Shown one piece after another: positions 37,178 to 46,916 of a stretch of 64,000 bases of DNA. Within the stretch, counting starts at the first letter, position 1; every line of letters starts with the position of its first letter. The stretch comes from Candidatus Thorarchaeota archaeon (lineage in GTDB: Archaea; Asgardarchaeota; Thorarchaeia; Thorarchaeales; Thorarchaeaceae). The notes below the pieces were generated by a model. The model had not been told where the DNA came from. It did no database searches and saw only the letters and a program-made list of their open reading frames with translations. The translations under genes and the position numbers were made by a program. The stretch spans positions 6,527-70,526 of the forward strand of contig JBHLRP010000002.1 in the NCBI GenBank assembly GCA_048882485.1, written 5' to 3'.

Positions 37178-38041
37178 ATGGAGCTAGATAGGTCTCGAAG
37201 AATCCTCATAATAGTTTCAATTCTACCTTTCTTACTCGGATCCATAATGGGCTTTGCAATACTTGGGAATCCCCTCTTCAACGAGGTTTTTTCGAGTCCC
37301 GCAAGAACCTACACATTAGCTGAACTAGCTATTCAGGCATTAATCTCAACTTGCTTAGGGTCTGTGATAGTTCTATCACTTTTTTGGATGCTAGAGAGGC
37401 GATCTGCACGTGGTCGCAGAATCATGGTTGCTTTCATTGTTTCTCCCCTTCTCTCGGTGGTGTTCTTCGTCTTAGGGCAGTCTCTACTTCTCATCCTCTT
37501 CAAGGGCACATCAAACACAATCTTTCCATCCCTCATTTCATTAGGTTCTCTTGGCGTGTTCATGTTTTCCATTGTGTTCATCATGATGGATGCAATACCC
37601 CCCCTCATGAGGAATCTCTTTGCTGCATTCTATGGAAGTGTCTTCGGAACTTTCCTTGGAGTTTCTTTCATATCCTCAAGTATGATAGTATTGATTTTGA
37701 CACTCGTGGTCGAGGACTACCTGCTCATACGGTACTCACCTGCTGCAAAGGCCGACAGGATGAGTGAGAAAGCGGGTTCAGATCCTTTCGACTACACCAG
37801 AATCCAATCTCAAAGCATAGCAGTCGGAGCAGGTGACTTTGTTGCTTTTTCTATGATATCTACTCATGCCCTGCTGTATTTCCCCGTATATGTATGGGCC
37901 GGGTCCATGGCTCTTGCCGTTATAGGGGTCATCATCAATGTCGCTTTCCTCCTAAGGGAGCAGGAGCCACTCCCTGGGATTCCCATTCCTGCACTACTTG
38001 CCATCTATCCCTGGTTGATTCAAATAATTGCATATCTCTAA
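37178..38041 (+). CDS. presenilin/signal-peptide-peptidase-like GxGD intramembrane aspartic protease
   Basis: ~9 TM; LVVEDY (YD-equivalent), VGAGDF (GxGD), PLPGIP (PAL-equivalent). Confidence 0.75.
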   Translation: MELDRSRRILIIVSILPFLLGSIMGFAILGNPLFNEVFSSPARTYTLAELAIQALISTCLGSVIVLSLFWMLERRSARGRRIMVAFIVSPLLSVVFFVLGQSLLLILFKGTSNTIFPSLISLGSLGVFMFSIVFIMMDAIPPLMRNLFAAFYGSVFGTFLGVSFISSSMIVLILTLVVEDYLLIRYSPAAKADRMSEKAGSDPFDYTRIQSQSIAVGAGDFVAFSMISTHALLYFPVYVWAGSMALAVIGVIINVAFLLREQEPLPGIPIPALLAIYPWLIQIIAYL

Positions 38042-38122
38042 TCTGTCTGCTAGTTCAATTTGACATGCCTGAAGCGTAAGGGAGATATTGAGCTGAACGC
38101 TCAGGAGGAACGGTGCAGCCAG

Positions 38123-38662
38123 ATGTTCGAGGGTAAAAGAATCCAAGACTTGATTATAATCATATTAATCGCTTCAGGCATCATAAGCGCGGCTCTTCTG
38201 GCTGGCAATGCAAGCTATTACAGCAATAGCGTTGCACTTGCAGAATTCGTGGAAGTAGAAGTTGATGATATCACAGTCACAAATATCGATCCGACCAATT
38301 ATAGCGTGAATCCCACCATTTCTTTTGTGCTTAATTTCAACGCCCCCGATGACATAGAGGGGGAAGCATATCTTGTGTATATTCGAATATTGGCACACTT
38401 AAACGAACAATCTATAGTATACGCTACATTTCGAAGGGATTTCAGTTTTCAACAAGAGGCCTTGCATGCAGGTTACGATGAGAATCACAATATTGGAAGT
38501 GATATCTTAGAGGATAAAGACAAGGATGTGTTATACGAAGCATACAACTCAGTAAATTGGACTTGGAGTCTTACAGTACGATATAATTATTCTGTGATGA
38601 GCTCCACTGATCTATATAGGCGCACAGTCGGATTCTTCTATGAAGGAGTCACTCTTCTCTAA
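38123..38662 (+). CDS. hypothetical protein, N-terminal TM anchor plus beta-rich extracellular domain
   Basis: Single hydrophobic segment followed by beta-strand pattern with N-x-S/T sites. Confidence 0.6.
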   Translation: MFEGKRIQDLIIIILIASGIISAALLAGNASYYSNSVALAEFVEVEVDDITVTNIDPTNYSVNPTISFVLNFNAPDDIEGEAYLVYIRILAHLNEQSIVYATFRRDFSFQQEALHAGYDENHNIGSDILEDKDKDVLYEAYNSVNWTWSLTVRYNYSVMSSTDLYRRTVGFFYEGVTLL

Positions 38663-39674
38663 TCTTTAGTCTTTTCTTCAGCTGTGCGATTCTCTCAACA
38701 GACAGCGGGTCAACTCCACGGATTTCTGCTAGCCTCACTGATACAAGGTCCAAGTACATGATGACTCCGAGGATTTCCTCGATTCTGGAGCCAAACTTGA
38801 GATCCAGATGTTCTGGGCGGCAACCATTCTCCTCGAAGATGGCGGCTGCGGATTTGATTCCTATCCTAGTTTTTTCGTCTTCTTCTCGACTTCTAAGGAA
38901 GACTGGTGAAATGGGATAATCTTTGCAAGAGAGTGTGCCTTCGATTTCATTATGATACATCTCTGGAATCTGAACGCTCGAAGCAAAGACCTTTGAGTTC
39001 TCATTGAACTGGCATTTTGCCCGATAGGCAACTGGAATCAAATGCTTCCATCCTATGAGGACGGGAATCTTGTCTTTGAGTGACTTGGCAAGGCTTCCGG
39101 GTTTGAGATTGGATGAATCCCACTTGGTTGCCGCCAGTTCCAAATTCCTTGAAACTTCCTGTAGGTTGGTCAATTTCAAATTCAGCAGAATTTCAACAAG
39201 AGGAAGAATGCCGGCGAAGATGATGGGCAGAGCGGCCCTTGGCTGGAATCCTGCTGGCATCACATGCAATCGCGATTCATCAGATGCCTCAAGTAGGACC
39301 CCCCCTGTTGTGAGGACAAAAATAGAGCATCCACGAGATTCTGCATCTCTATAGCCTGCTATCGTTTCCTCAGTATTTCCAGAGTAGCTGACTGCGACCA
39401 CAATCCAACCGCTATTTACAGTCTTGGGGAGGATGTAATCTCTGATAGTTAGAATAGGTTTCTCAGCCCTATCAACCAATAGACCCTTGACAATCTCGCC
39501 TGCTATAGCACTGCCTCCCATGCCAATAAGACAAATGCCATCAATTCCCCGTTTTTGAATTCTCTCTGCTTCACTCAGAAAGCCATCACTTGGGCTGCCT
39601 GATCTTAGCATTTGAGGGAACGATGCAACCATTGCGTTCATGTCAGAAGTATCAATATTCTCAAGCTCTTTCAA
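38649..39674 (-). CDS. bifunctional phosphoglucose/phosphomannose isomerase (archaeal PGI/PMI)
   Basis: GMGGSAI.G, SYSGNTEET, TTGG, QPRAA, FNENSK, PEMYHNEIE. Confidence 0.93.
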   Translation of the reverse strand: MKELENIDTSDMNAMVASFPQMLRSGSPSDGFLSEAERIQKRGIDGICLIGMGGSAIAGEIVKGLLVDRAEKPILTIRDYILPKTVNSGWIVVAVSYSGNTEETIAGYRDAESRGCSIFVLTTGGVLLEASDESRLHVMPAGFQPRAALPIIFAGILPLVEILLNLKLTNLQEVSRNLELAATKWDSSNLKPGSLAKSLKDKIPVLIGWKHLIPVAYRAKCQFNENSKVFASSVQIPEMYHNEIEGTLSCKDYPISPVFLRSREEDEKTRIGIKSAAAIFEENGCRPEHLDLKFGSRIEEILGVIMYLDLVSVRLAEIRGVDPLSVERIAQLKKRLKIREE

Positions 39675-39796
39675 CTGGAAGCCTCATTCAGCGATTTTGC
39701 TTCTTTCCTTAAATCTGATTGCTCCATAAAGGACAATACAATAATACAGCTAACTATGTCATAGGCACTGAACAGTTCTTAAGCGGAGAAATCGGC

Positions 39797-40441
39797 ATGA
39801 ATTTTCAAAGGGTAGAATTCACTGTTGGTGATGACCAGATAGAAGGGATTTTGAGTACTCCCAATCTGCCATTCAAAGACGTTGCCCTACTCCTTCATCC
39901 TCATCCTCTATATGGGGGCAATCGAGATGATCGAGTCATCAGATTTGCTGATGATGTCCTTCTGGATTTGGGATACACAACATTTAGGTTCAATTTCAGA
40001 GGTGTTGGCTCTCAGGCAGACTACAGGGGGTTCTCAGGTGCCATTCAAGATGCAATAGGGGCGTCAAAAGCACTTCTTCATAAAACCAACAGGGATTCCC
40101 TAGCAATTGTTGGCTATTCATTTGGCGGATCTGTTGCTCTTCATCTAGCATCAAGCGCCAAGGCAGACTTCTTGGTGACATTCAGCGCGTCTCTCGATTT
40201 GGCCAAAGAAGCTACCAGTGGGCTAGAACCTCTATCTGATATTCAATGCCCAGCATTGATGTTCCATGGGACCAACGACAACATGGTTCCATTTGATGAC
40301 ATGCGGACTCTGGCCAAGATTCTCGGAAGGAGTGATGTACAGGCTGTTGCGCTCAAAGGGGAGGGGCATTTCTATCTGACACACCTTGATTCCATTGGTA
40401 CCTACCTTCGTGAGTTTCTGAAGGAAACTGCTGAGGACTAA
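39797..40441 (+). CDS. alpha/beta hydrolase
   Basis: HPHPLYGG, RFNFRGVG, GYSFGG nucleophile elbow, HG..D..V, GH. Confidence 0.9.
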   Translation: MNFQRVEFTVGDDQIEGILSTPNLPFKDVALLLHPHPLYGGNRDDRVIRFADDVLLDLGYTTFRFNFRGVGSQADYRGFSGAIQDAIGASKALLHKTNRDSLAIVGYSFGGSVALHLASSAKADFLVTFSASLDLAKEATSGLEPLSDIQCPALMFHGTNDNMVPFDDMRTLAKILGRSDVQAVALKGEGHFYLTHLDSIGTYLREFLKETAED

Positions 40442-40484
40442 CCTTAAGAGGCTGACGCGATGCGAGAGAGTCGGCGGTTCGATA

Positions 40485-41159
40485 ATGTTGAAGGCGGTCT
40501 TCTTTGATCTTGATGGCACTCTCACAATTCTAGCTCTGCCACTTGATGCCATGAGGAGGGATACAAAAGAGTACTATTGGGGTCAGGGTGCACCAAATGA
40601 TTTATTCGATCCAGCTGATGGAATCTCAAGCTCTAGGGTGAAGGCTAGGGATTATTTTTTCTCACAAGGTGTGTCAGAGATTGAGTGGGAGCGCATGGAG
40701 CAAGAGATTGACAAGACACTCAGTGGGCATGAAGGATGGGCCGCCACAAACGCTGCGCTTATCGATGGTTCGATGGATGTTGTACGTGAGCTTAAGGCCC
40801 TCGGACTAAGGACTGCAATCCTTACAAACAATGGAAGAACTGCTGTTGATCTCATTCTGAAACAGCTTCCATTACAAGACCTATTTGATGTGATTCAGAC
40901 CAGAAACGAATCTCCCAGTCCCAAGCCATTCCCTGAAGGTCTCCGGAAATTGATGAGTGATGTCGGAGTGCAAGCTAATGAGGTAGTATATGTTGGTGAT
41001 GCCAGAATCGACGCAGCTGCTGCAAAAAGGGCCGGAATTGAGTTTTGGGGAGTGACCACTGGCGAAACTCCAAAGGAGGATTTGATTAAGGCAGGGGCTT
41101 CTCAAGTCTTCAACTCACTACACGAGATAGTAGAAGAGGTAAAATCCAGAATCGCTTAG
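40485..41159 (+). CDS. HAD-superfamily hydrolase (phosphoglycolate phosphatase-like)
   Basis: FDLDGTL, LTN, KP.P, YVGD..D. Confidence 0.9.
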   Translation: MLKAVFFDLDGTLTILALPLDAMRRDTKEYYWGQGAPNDLFDPADGISSSRVKARDYFFSQGVSEIEWERMEQEIDKTLSGHEGWAATNAALIDGSMDVVRELKALGLRTAILTNNGRTAVDLILKQLPLQDLFDVIQTRNESPSPKPFPEGLRKLMSDVGVQANEVVYVGDARIDAAAAKRAGIEFWGVTTGETPKEDLIKAGASQVFNSLHEIVEEVKSRIA

Positions 41160-41274
41160 AATGCTTCCAGAAATAGGCTCCCGGCTTCGAATTCATTTAC
41201 GAAAAAGCGCGCTTTATCTGGTAAATTTATCCTCAAACAAGATTTGCTTAAATATGTATTAATGGCTACTAATT

Positions 41275-41352
41275 GTGAAGGGTTTAGGGGCCGTTCTCTC
41301 TCATATCTCTCTCTCCTCCTTCAAGCGTTCTCCGGCCCCGCTTTTCCCTTCT
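41275..41352 (+). ncRNA. candidate small RNA 1 (closed stem, CU-rich loop)
   Basis: TTAAATA at 41248, 27 nt before GTGAA; GAAGGG/CCCTTC and GGGGCCG/CGGCCCC stems enclosing a 39-nt CU-rich loop. Confidence 0.45.
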
Positions 41353-41476
41353 GCTCAATTTTCTCACGGGAGAAGTCATTCATCCTTTTTGAACAGTTTA
41401 AGTCGGCCTATAGCCACTCATAGATGCTAATATATAATATGATAAACACTTATATACTAGTTATACAATACTCATA

Positions 41477-41580
41477 GTGAACAGGGAGTCCGAAACCCTC
41501 TCCTCTCCTCCCTCTCCCTCCTCTCAATCATCTGTCAACGAATACACGCGCTGACAAACTCTTTCTCGGACTCCCTGTGC
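41477..41580 (+). ncRNA. candidate small RNA 2 (closed stem, CU-rich loop)
   Basis: TTATATA at 41450, 27 nt before GTGAA; perfect 13-bp stem ACAGGGAGTCCGA/TCGGACTCCCTGT enclosing CCTCTCC repeats. Confidence 0.5.
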
Positions 41581-41660
41581 GAATCCCATTCTTCTTCTGT
41601 CACCGCCAATGACGGCAGGTTTTAAAGGCAAGCCCAAGTCGGCAATCCAAGGCGAGCGAA

Positions 41661-42101
41661 ATGTCGACTGCAAGGAAAGCGGTAGATAGCACACTACGGA
41701 GAATCCTGGTCTATACAGCTGAAATCATCATGTCCATTATCCTGCTAGTGGTAATTTGCATTCCCCTATCTTTTGGAATTCCAATATGGTTCCAGTCTGT
41801 TGTCCTTGGAGCCGCAGGTAATGAGCTAGTAATCAACCCTGTTGCGTGGTTTGGTACCAGTGGTGCTTTCTGGGTAACACTTGCACTATCATTGGTAAGC
41901 ATATTCATTGGCTATTTCTATGTCAACCGACTTATCCCCTCTACTGATATAGATGAGGACGAAGAGGAGGAAGAAGAGGAGGAAGAGGTTGATGAAACAG
42001 AGCCCGAGGAGGAAGAGGACGCAGACAAGGAAGAAGAAGAGGAATTTGAAGAAACCACTGATGAAGTCGCCTCTGATTCCGAAGAGGAAGAGCTTGATTA
42101 G
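41661..42101 (+). CDS. two-TM membrane protein with long acidic tail
   Basis: Two hydrophobic helices; Glu/Asp-rich C-terminus. Confidence 0.7.
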   Translation: MSTARKAVDSTLRRILVYTAEIIMSIILLVVICIPLSFGIPIWFQSVVLGAAGNELVINPVAWFGTSGAFWVTLALSLVSIFIGYFYVNRLIPSTDIDEDEEEEEEEEEVDETEPEEEEDADKEEEEEFEETTDEVASDSEEEELD

Positions 42102-42111
42102 ATTTGACCTT

Positions 42112-42927
42112 TCATAATTCGCCCCTAAAGAGTGCAAGTATCTCATTTGCTGTAGCTTCATCTGATGCTGCTACAAAGCTCATCATCTGATCTGCCACAA
42201 GGGGGAGATTGAGCCTCCTACCATCCGCTTCAGCCACATAGCCACCCGCTTCAAATACCATGTGTATACCTGATACGTGGACAATTGGGAGCATGCCTCT
42301 CAAATCCACCATCGCATCGAGAGCGCCCGATGCCAACCAACATAAATCTAGTAGATTGCTCGCAGACCGTCTTATATCATGGACTCCCCGTATCACCCTC
42401 ATGGAACTCATCAAGAATGATTCATCGCCTGATTTCTTTGTATCATAAGAAATGATGGCTCTTTCCAACGGTATTGAGTCTGCGACCTTTACGGTTTTTC
42501 CGTTTCTTCTGACTCCTTGCCCCTTCTCAGCAATGAAGGTTTCATCTGAGAAGACGGACGCAATAATGCTAATCTCAGCATCATCAGTTGTCATCTTCTC
42601 CGAAAAGCGGACTGCAGATATGCCAATGGAGCAAATGGGCAAACCTCTCTTGATGTTAGCTGAACCATCTATTGGATCAATGACTGCAACGTATTCTGGT
42701 CTATCTTGGGGTATAATGAGACCTTGCTCTTCACTAAGAATCATCATTGGAGTATCTACATGTTGAATGACTTCGAGAATTGCATCTTCAGCTTTCAAAT
42801 CCAGAAGCAGTATCTTGTCCCCGTATTGATTGGTTTCACCTGTTAGCTTAGGTGATTCTGCAAGGTTGTTCAGTATCACGTCTTTTGCAGCATCTACAGC
42901 CTTGGCAAGGTCTCTTGTTAGTGTCAT
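42112..42927 (-). CDS. inositol monophosphatase/fructose-1,6-bisphosphatase (FIG family)
   Basis: D..AE, SEE, IDPIDGSAN; the usual WD motif is altered (IVHVSG). Confidence 0.85.
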   Translation of the reverse strand: MTLTRDLAKAVDAAKDVILNNLAESPKLTGETNQYGDKILLLDLKAEDAILEVIQHVDTPMMILSEEQGLIIPQDRPEYVAVIDPIDGSANIKRGLPICSIGISAVRFSEKMTTDDAEISIIASVFSDETFIAEKGQGVRRNGKTVKVADSIPLERAIISYDTKKSGDESFLMSSMRVIRGVHDIRRSASNLLDLCWLASGALDAMVDLRGMLPIVHVSGIHMVFEAGGYVAEADGRRLNLPLVADQMMSFVAASDEATANEILALFRGEL

Positions 42928-43081
42928 GAATTGAGCCTCATCTCAATTCCAAGCAAACGGCTCTAAAACCCTATTGTCTTGGAGAGACATGTATCTTGGA
43001 TGTCAGGGACTGTATTCCAATCGTTTAAATGGGCAAAGTGATGACATCACAACAGAACAAGGCCTATCCTCGGTGGACGTT

Positions 43082-43747
43082 ATGGGCTTCCTAAGTGGAA
43101 AGAAAAAGGTAGATGCCGAACGAGGCATGCTCGAAATCAAGGGTACTATGAATGCTCTGACTTTGCGAATTAGAAGATTAGATACACGAAGAGCAGAGGA
43201 GCAGAAGAAGGCCAAGGAGGCTATGTCGCAAGGAGATCGCGATACTGCCCGTTCACACCTTTCAATCGTTGTTGAATTGGAGAGTAGACGCGGACGATAC
43301 CAGCAACAGTATCTGACGCTTGAAACCGCGCTCCTTAACATAGAGGAGGCAAAGGATCAGGCTGAAGTATTGAGGGCATTCACCATTGCAAACGACGCCC
43401 TGACAGATGCCCGGGCAATGCTGAGCCCAACAGAGATACAGATGCAGCTAGATAAGCTCTCTGAGTCGTTTGAGCATATCACTATTGCTGGAGAGCTGCT
43501 TTCTGAAGATCTCTCGACAGGTGAATCGACCGTAGAGTCTGATGAGCGGATTGAACGGCAGTTAGAGGCTATGGAAGCAGAGGTCCTTCTTGAGAAGGAG
43601 GGAGTTCTTCCTTCCCTACAGACTCCCGCTGCTACAGCTGCAAAACCCGCAGAGCAAGTCAAGTCCGAAGAAAAGAGAATTGATGAACTTCTAGCTGACC
43701 TTGAGAAGGAGGCTCAGGAAGAGCGTGAGCGTGAGGCTCAACGGTGA
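43082..43747 (+). CDS. ESCRT-III Snf7-family protein (Vps20/32/60-like)
   Basis: MGFLSGKKK start; helical hairpin ...AKEAMSQGDRDTARSHL...; acidic C-terminus with RIDELLADL helix. Confidence 0.75.
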   Translation: MGFLSGKKKVDAERGMLEIKGTMNALTLRIRRLDTRRAEEQKKAKEAMSQGDRDTARSHLSIVVELESRRGRYQQQYLTLETALLNIEEAKDQAEVLRAFTIANDALTDARAMLSPTEIQMQLDKLSESFEHITIAGELLSEDLSTGESTVESDERIERQLEAMEAEVLLEKEGVLPSLQTPAATAAKPAEQVKSEEKRIDELLADLEKEAQEEREREAQR

Positions 43748-43781
43748 CATTATTCATTCCCTCCACCGGAGTTATCCCTAG

Positions 43782-44414
43782 ATGGTTGTAAAACTCGTTG
43801 TCTTCGATGTTGATGGGACGCTAACAAGCCATGCATCCATTTGGTGGAGGCTTCACGAGTACTTCAATACAGAAAGGGAAGGCAAGCTCTATTATGACCA
43901 GTATTTTTCCGGTGAGATTTCTTATAATGAATGGGCCTACTTGGATGCAGGCCTTTGGAAAGGTCAATCTCTTGATGAAGTACTGAATCTGGTAAATGCC
44001 ACCAAATTGGTGCCAGGGGCGGCTGAGGTTGTGGCCAATCTCAAGGAGCACGGCATTCATGTTGCTATCCTCTCAGGAGGGTTAGATATCCTTGCCGAGA
44101 ATGTTGCCAAACGTCTTGGAATTGAGTACGTTCTCACCAATCGCTTAATTCACAAGAATGGGATTTTAACCGGGGAAGTTGAGGTTCATGTTGGCTGGGG
44201 TGAAAAAGTGCAAGAGCTGAAGCATATCTGCAATCATTTCAATGTCCCACTCTCAGAAACCGCATTTGTAGGCGACGGTAGGAACGATATCTCTGTCTTT
44301 GGTGTGGTGGGTCTCTCGATTGCGTTCAGGCCTGAGGATGAAGAGGTCGCAGACTCTGCCATGTTGACAATCAAGGAGAACGACCTGCGGTCAATTCTCC
44401 CTCATGTCATATAG
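43782..44414 (+). CDS. HAD-IB phosphatase, phosphoserine phosphatase (SerB)-like
   Basis: FDVDGTL, SIW..LH, ILSGG, K, GDGRND. Confidence 0.88.
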   Translation: MVVKLVVFDVDGTLTSHASIWWRLHEYFNTEREGKLYYDQYFSGEISYNEWAYLDAGLWKGQSLDEVLNLVNATKLVPGAAEVVANLKEHGIHVAILSGGLDILAENVAKRLGIEYVLTNRLIHKNGILTGEVEVHVGWGEKVQELKHICNHFNVPLSETAFVGDGRNDISVFGVVGLSIAFRPEDEEVADSAMLTIKENDLRSILPHVI

Positions 44415-45567
44415 GCGTTCCCCAAATAAGGAGTGCAAATACATACGCTTGTAGCAATATTATCATCATGCCCTCGAATGTATCTAGCTTATGATCATCA
44501 GTTATAGCCTGCTTCAGGAACCATAAGCTGCCTGCAATCACGACTATCTGAAATAGAACGTAGCGATTCATTGGTATTGGCACAAAAACTCCAATGCCCC
44601 CCATAACGAGAAGCAGAATCTGAAGAACCCCTCCCATCAGGTTTCCAACTGCGATGCCAACCTTTCCCCTCATGGCAGCAATGATTGCTATTCCGTGTTC
44701 TGGAATCGCACCTGCGGCACCAAGGATAAGGGCGGCTACTGCTATTGGATTAACCACCGCACTAATCTGAGCATCATATGTCGTAAGCAACAAATCGACA
44801 GATGAAGTGAGTAGTTCACCCGCAAAGAAGATCCCTATGAATCCCATAACGCAGAGGATTGATGCCGTTTTCATCGAGTGATCCGGCTTTGCTATATCTG
44901 CATTCTGAACTTCTTCTCCTCGCATTAAGTCAATAGAATAGAGGATATAGGAGAGGAACAGAATGAGAGACGCCTCCCATGGGAAGAGGAAATCGTCAGT
45001 GCCTCCCAAAAATGTCACATCAACAATTCCCAGCGCAAACATGCTGGCAAGGGCAACAATTGTCCAACGGATGAGAACAGAATCCTTCCTGATAGCCTCC
45101 TCAGGTACTGCCATATCGTCCTTTTTTCGAGTTGAGATTACAATAGTAATCCCGAGTAACAGCATATTGAAACCGCCTGCTATTAGAACTGAGAGTATAG
45201 CTATAGTCAGAAGTTCAGGCCTATTCTGAAAGAAACCATCAAAAGCAGTCATTCCGCTGACAACAGCCTCTGGCATATTGCTGGCAAGACTTGATAGAAG
45301 GCCTGCAATATATGTAGTATATCCTAGGTGGCCAGAAACGCTCTCAACGCCTTCTACTGCCCATTCTGAAGGTCGAAATGCAAGCCAGATTCCTCCTGTG
45401 ATTCCTAGAAAGACGATGTACAATGGATCGGCATGTGTGTATTCAGCCCAGAAGAATGCAACAACTATCAGTATTGCTATCGCAATTTCGAATTTGCCTG
45501 CATGTAAGGAATCTTTGACTCCACGAAAATGAGATTGCTCATTTTCATCTTTGCCCATTGAACTCAA
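44407..45567 (-). CDS. Ca2+/cation antiporter (CaCA superfamily)
   Basis: alpha-1 ASNMPEAVVS and alpha-2 GAIPEHGIAI repeats; ~11 TM. Confidence 0.85.
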   Translation of the reverse strand: MSSMGKDENEQSHFRGVKDSLHAGKFEIAIAILIVVAFFWAEYTHADPLYIVFLGITGGIWLAFRPSEWAVEGVESVSGHLGYTTYIAGLLSSLASNMPEAVVSGMTAFDGFFQNRPELLTIAILSVLIAGGFNMLLLGITIVISTRKKDDMAVPEEAIRKDSVLIRWTIVALASMFALGIVDVTFLGGTDDFLFPWEASLILFLSYILYSIDLMRGEEVQNADIAKPDHSMKTASILCVMGFIGIFFAGELLTSSVDLLLTTYDAQISAVVNPIAVAALILGAAGAIPEHGIAIIAAMRGKVGIAVGNLMGGVLQILLLVMGGIGVFVPIPMNRYVLFQIVVIAGSLWFLKQAITDDHKLDTFEGMMIILLQAYVFALLIWGTPI

Positions 45568-45645
45568 ATGTTATCCTCCGGAGCAAGAAGGGCTCCAATC
45601 TTGTTGGAGACTTGGATTATACCCAATAATACTATGCTATTAACG

Positions 45646-46842
45646 CTATGGCGTGCCTTTGGCTCTTTCAGTTGCTCCTTGCTTCTGTTGATCATAGTAA
45701 TATCTGGCTCCAGAGCCAGTATTCAAAAGCACAACCTCTTCATCAAAATCAATCTCTCCCATCTCTATGAGATTCCGAACGCCTGCAAGTCCTACAGCTG
45801 CTTCCGGACAAAAGTCCATTCCTTCCATTCGGGCCGCAATTCTATGGCAAGGTTCAATTTCCTGCTCGGCCACAGCTACAGCGCCACCTCCTGACTGGCG
45901 AATTGCAGCAAGAATCAGTCTTCCGGCAAAAGGACTTGGCACCCTCAGCCCTAGTGCTTCGGTTTCACTATTAAGCCATGGTTGAATTTCATCACTCCCC
46001 TGTTCAACAGCCCTAACGATTGGTGCACATCCTGCACTCTGAGCGGCATACATTCTGGGTCTACTGCTTTCTATTAGACCCAATGCCTCCAATTCATCAA
46101 AGCCCTTCCAAATGCCAATAAGAGCTGTGCCACCTCCCGTTGGGCAGATTATGGCATCAGGAACTCTCCATCCAAGCTGTTCTGCAATTTCGAAGGCAAG
46201 AGTCTTCTTGCCCTCCACTCTATAGGGCTCTTTCGTGGTTGAGAGATCTGTCCATTCTCCTCCTGTTTTCTTCATGATTTTGGCGCAATCAGTAATATTG
46301 CCCTCAACATGAACAGTTTCAGCACCGTAGGCAACACAATCTTGGAAAAAGGGCTCAGGTGTGTCTGAAGGCATGAAGATGTGGCATTCAGCTCCTCCTG
46401 CAGCACTATAGGCGCTTGCGGACACTGCTGCATTCCCCGCTGATGGCAACGCAAATGATGTAGAGCCAAGCTCCATATGCTTGGACACTGCGACACTCAG
46501 GCCACGGTCTTTGAAAGAACCAGTTGGATTCTGAGCCTCATCCTTTATGCTAAGAAACCTTAGGCCTAGATGTTTTCCGAGACGTCGCGTATTGATGAGT
46601 GGGGTCCAACCTTCTCCTAAGCTGAAAATATAGGATGGTGATTTGACAGGCAAAAGTTGAGAATATCTCCACATTGAATTGACTTTTGTTGGAAATTGCT
46701 CTCTTTGAATATCCTCGATTACACTGAATAGATCATAAACAGCAAAGAGAGGTGAACCGCACACACAGAAAGTTGCATGCGCCTCAGCCGAATGACTTCT
46801 GCTACACTGTGGACATTCCAAGTGGAGAAGGTGAGATATCAT
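45646..46842 (-). CDS. thrC: threonine synthase family PLP enzyme
   Basis: N-terminal CxxC...CxC, SLGEGWTP, NPTGSFKDRG, SAGNA, EGKKT, PTGGG. Confidence 0.88.
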   Translation of the reverse strand: MISHLLHLECPQCSRSHSAEAHATFCVCGSPLFAVYDLFSVIEDIQREQFPTKVNSMWRYSQLLPVKSPSYIFSLGEGWTPLINTRRLGKHLGLRFLSIKDEAQNPTGSFKDRGLSVAVSKHMELGSTSFALPSAGNAAVSASAYSAAGGAECHIFMPSDTPEPFFQDCVAYGAETVHVEGNITDCAKIMKKTGGEWTDLSTTKEPYRVEGKKTLAFEIAEQLGWRVPDAIICPTGGGTALIGIWKGFDELEALGLIESSRPRMYAAQSAGCAPIVRAVEQGSDEIQPWLNSETEALGLRVPSPFAGRLILAAIRQSGGGAVAVAEQEIEPCHRIAARMEGMDFCPEAAVGLAGVRNLIEMGEIDFDEEVVLLNTGSGARYYYDQQKQGATERAKGTP

Positions 46843-46916
46843 AATTACTCCCACACTTACATAGACGCGCACCCTTATTTGAGTGTGTTACTTTTTCTGC
46901 GTGGGATGAACCTCAC

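Noticed and set aside
41290-41530. CT-rich tracts as simple microsatellites or a CRISPR remnant
   Set aside because: No fixed-length repeats or spacers; the tracts are enclosed by stems and preceded by promoters, so they are treated as ncRNA candidates.
42974-43081. 36-aa N-terminal extension of the Snf7 ORF
   Set aside because: Overlaps the TATA-like TTTAAAT (~43024); ATG 43082 gives a typical ESCRT-III start.
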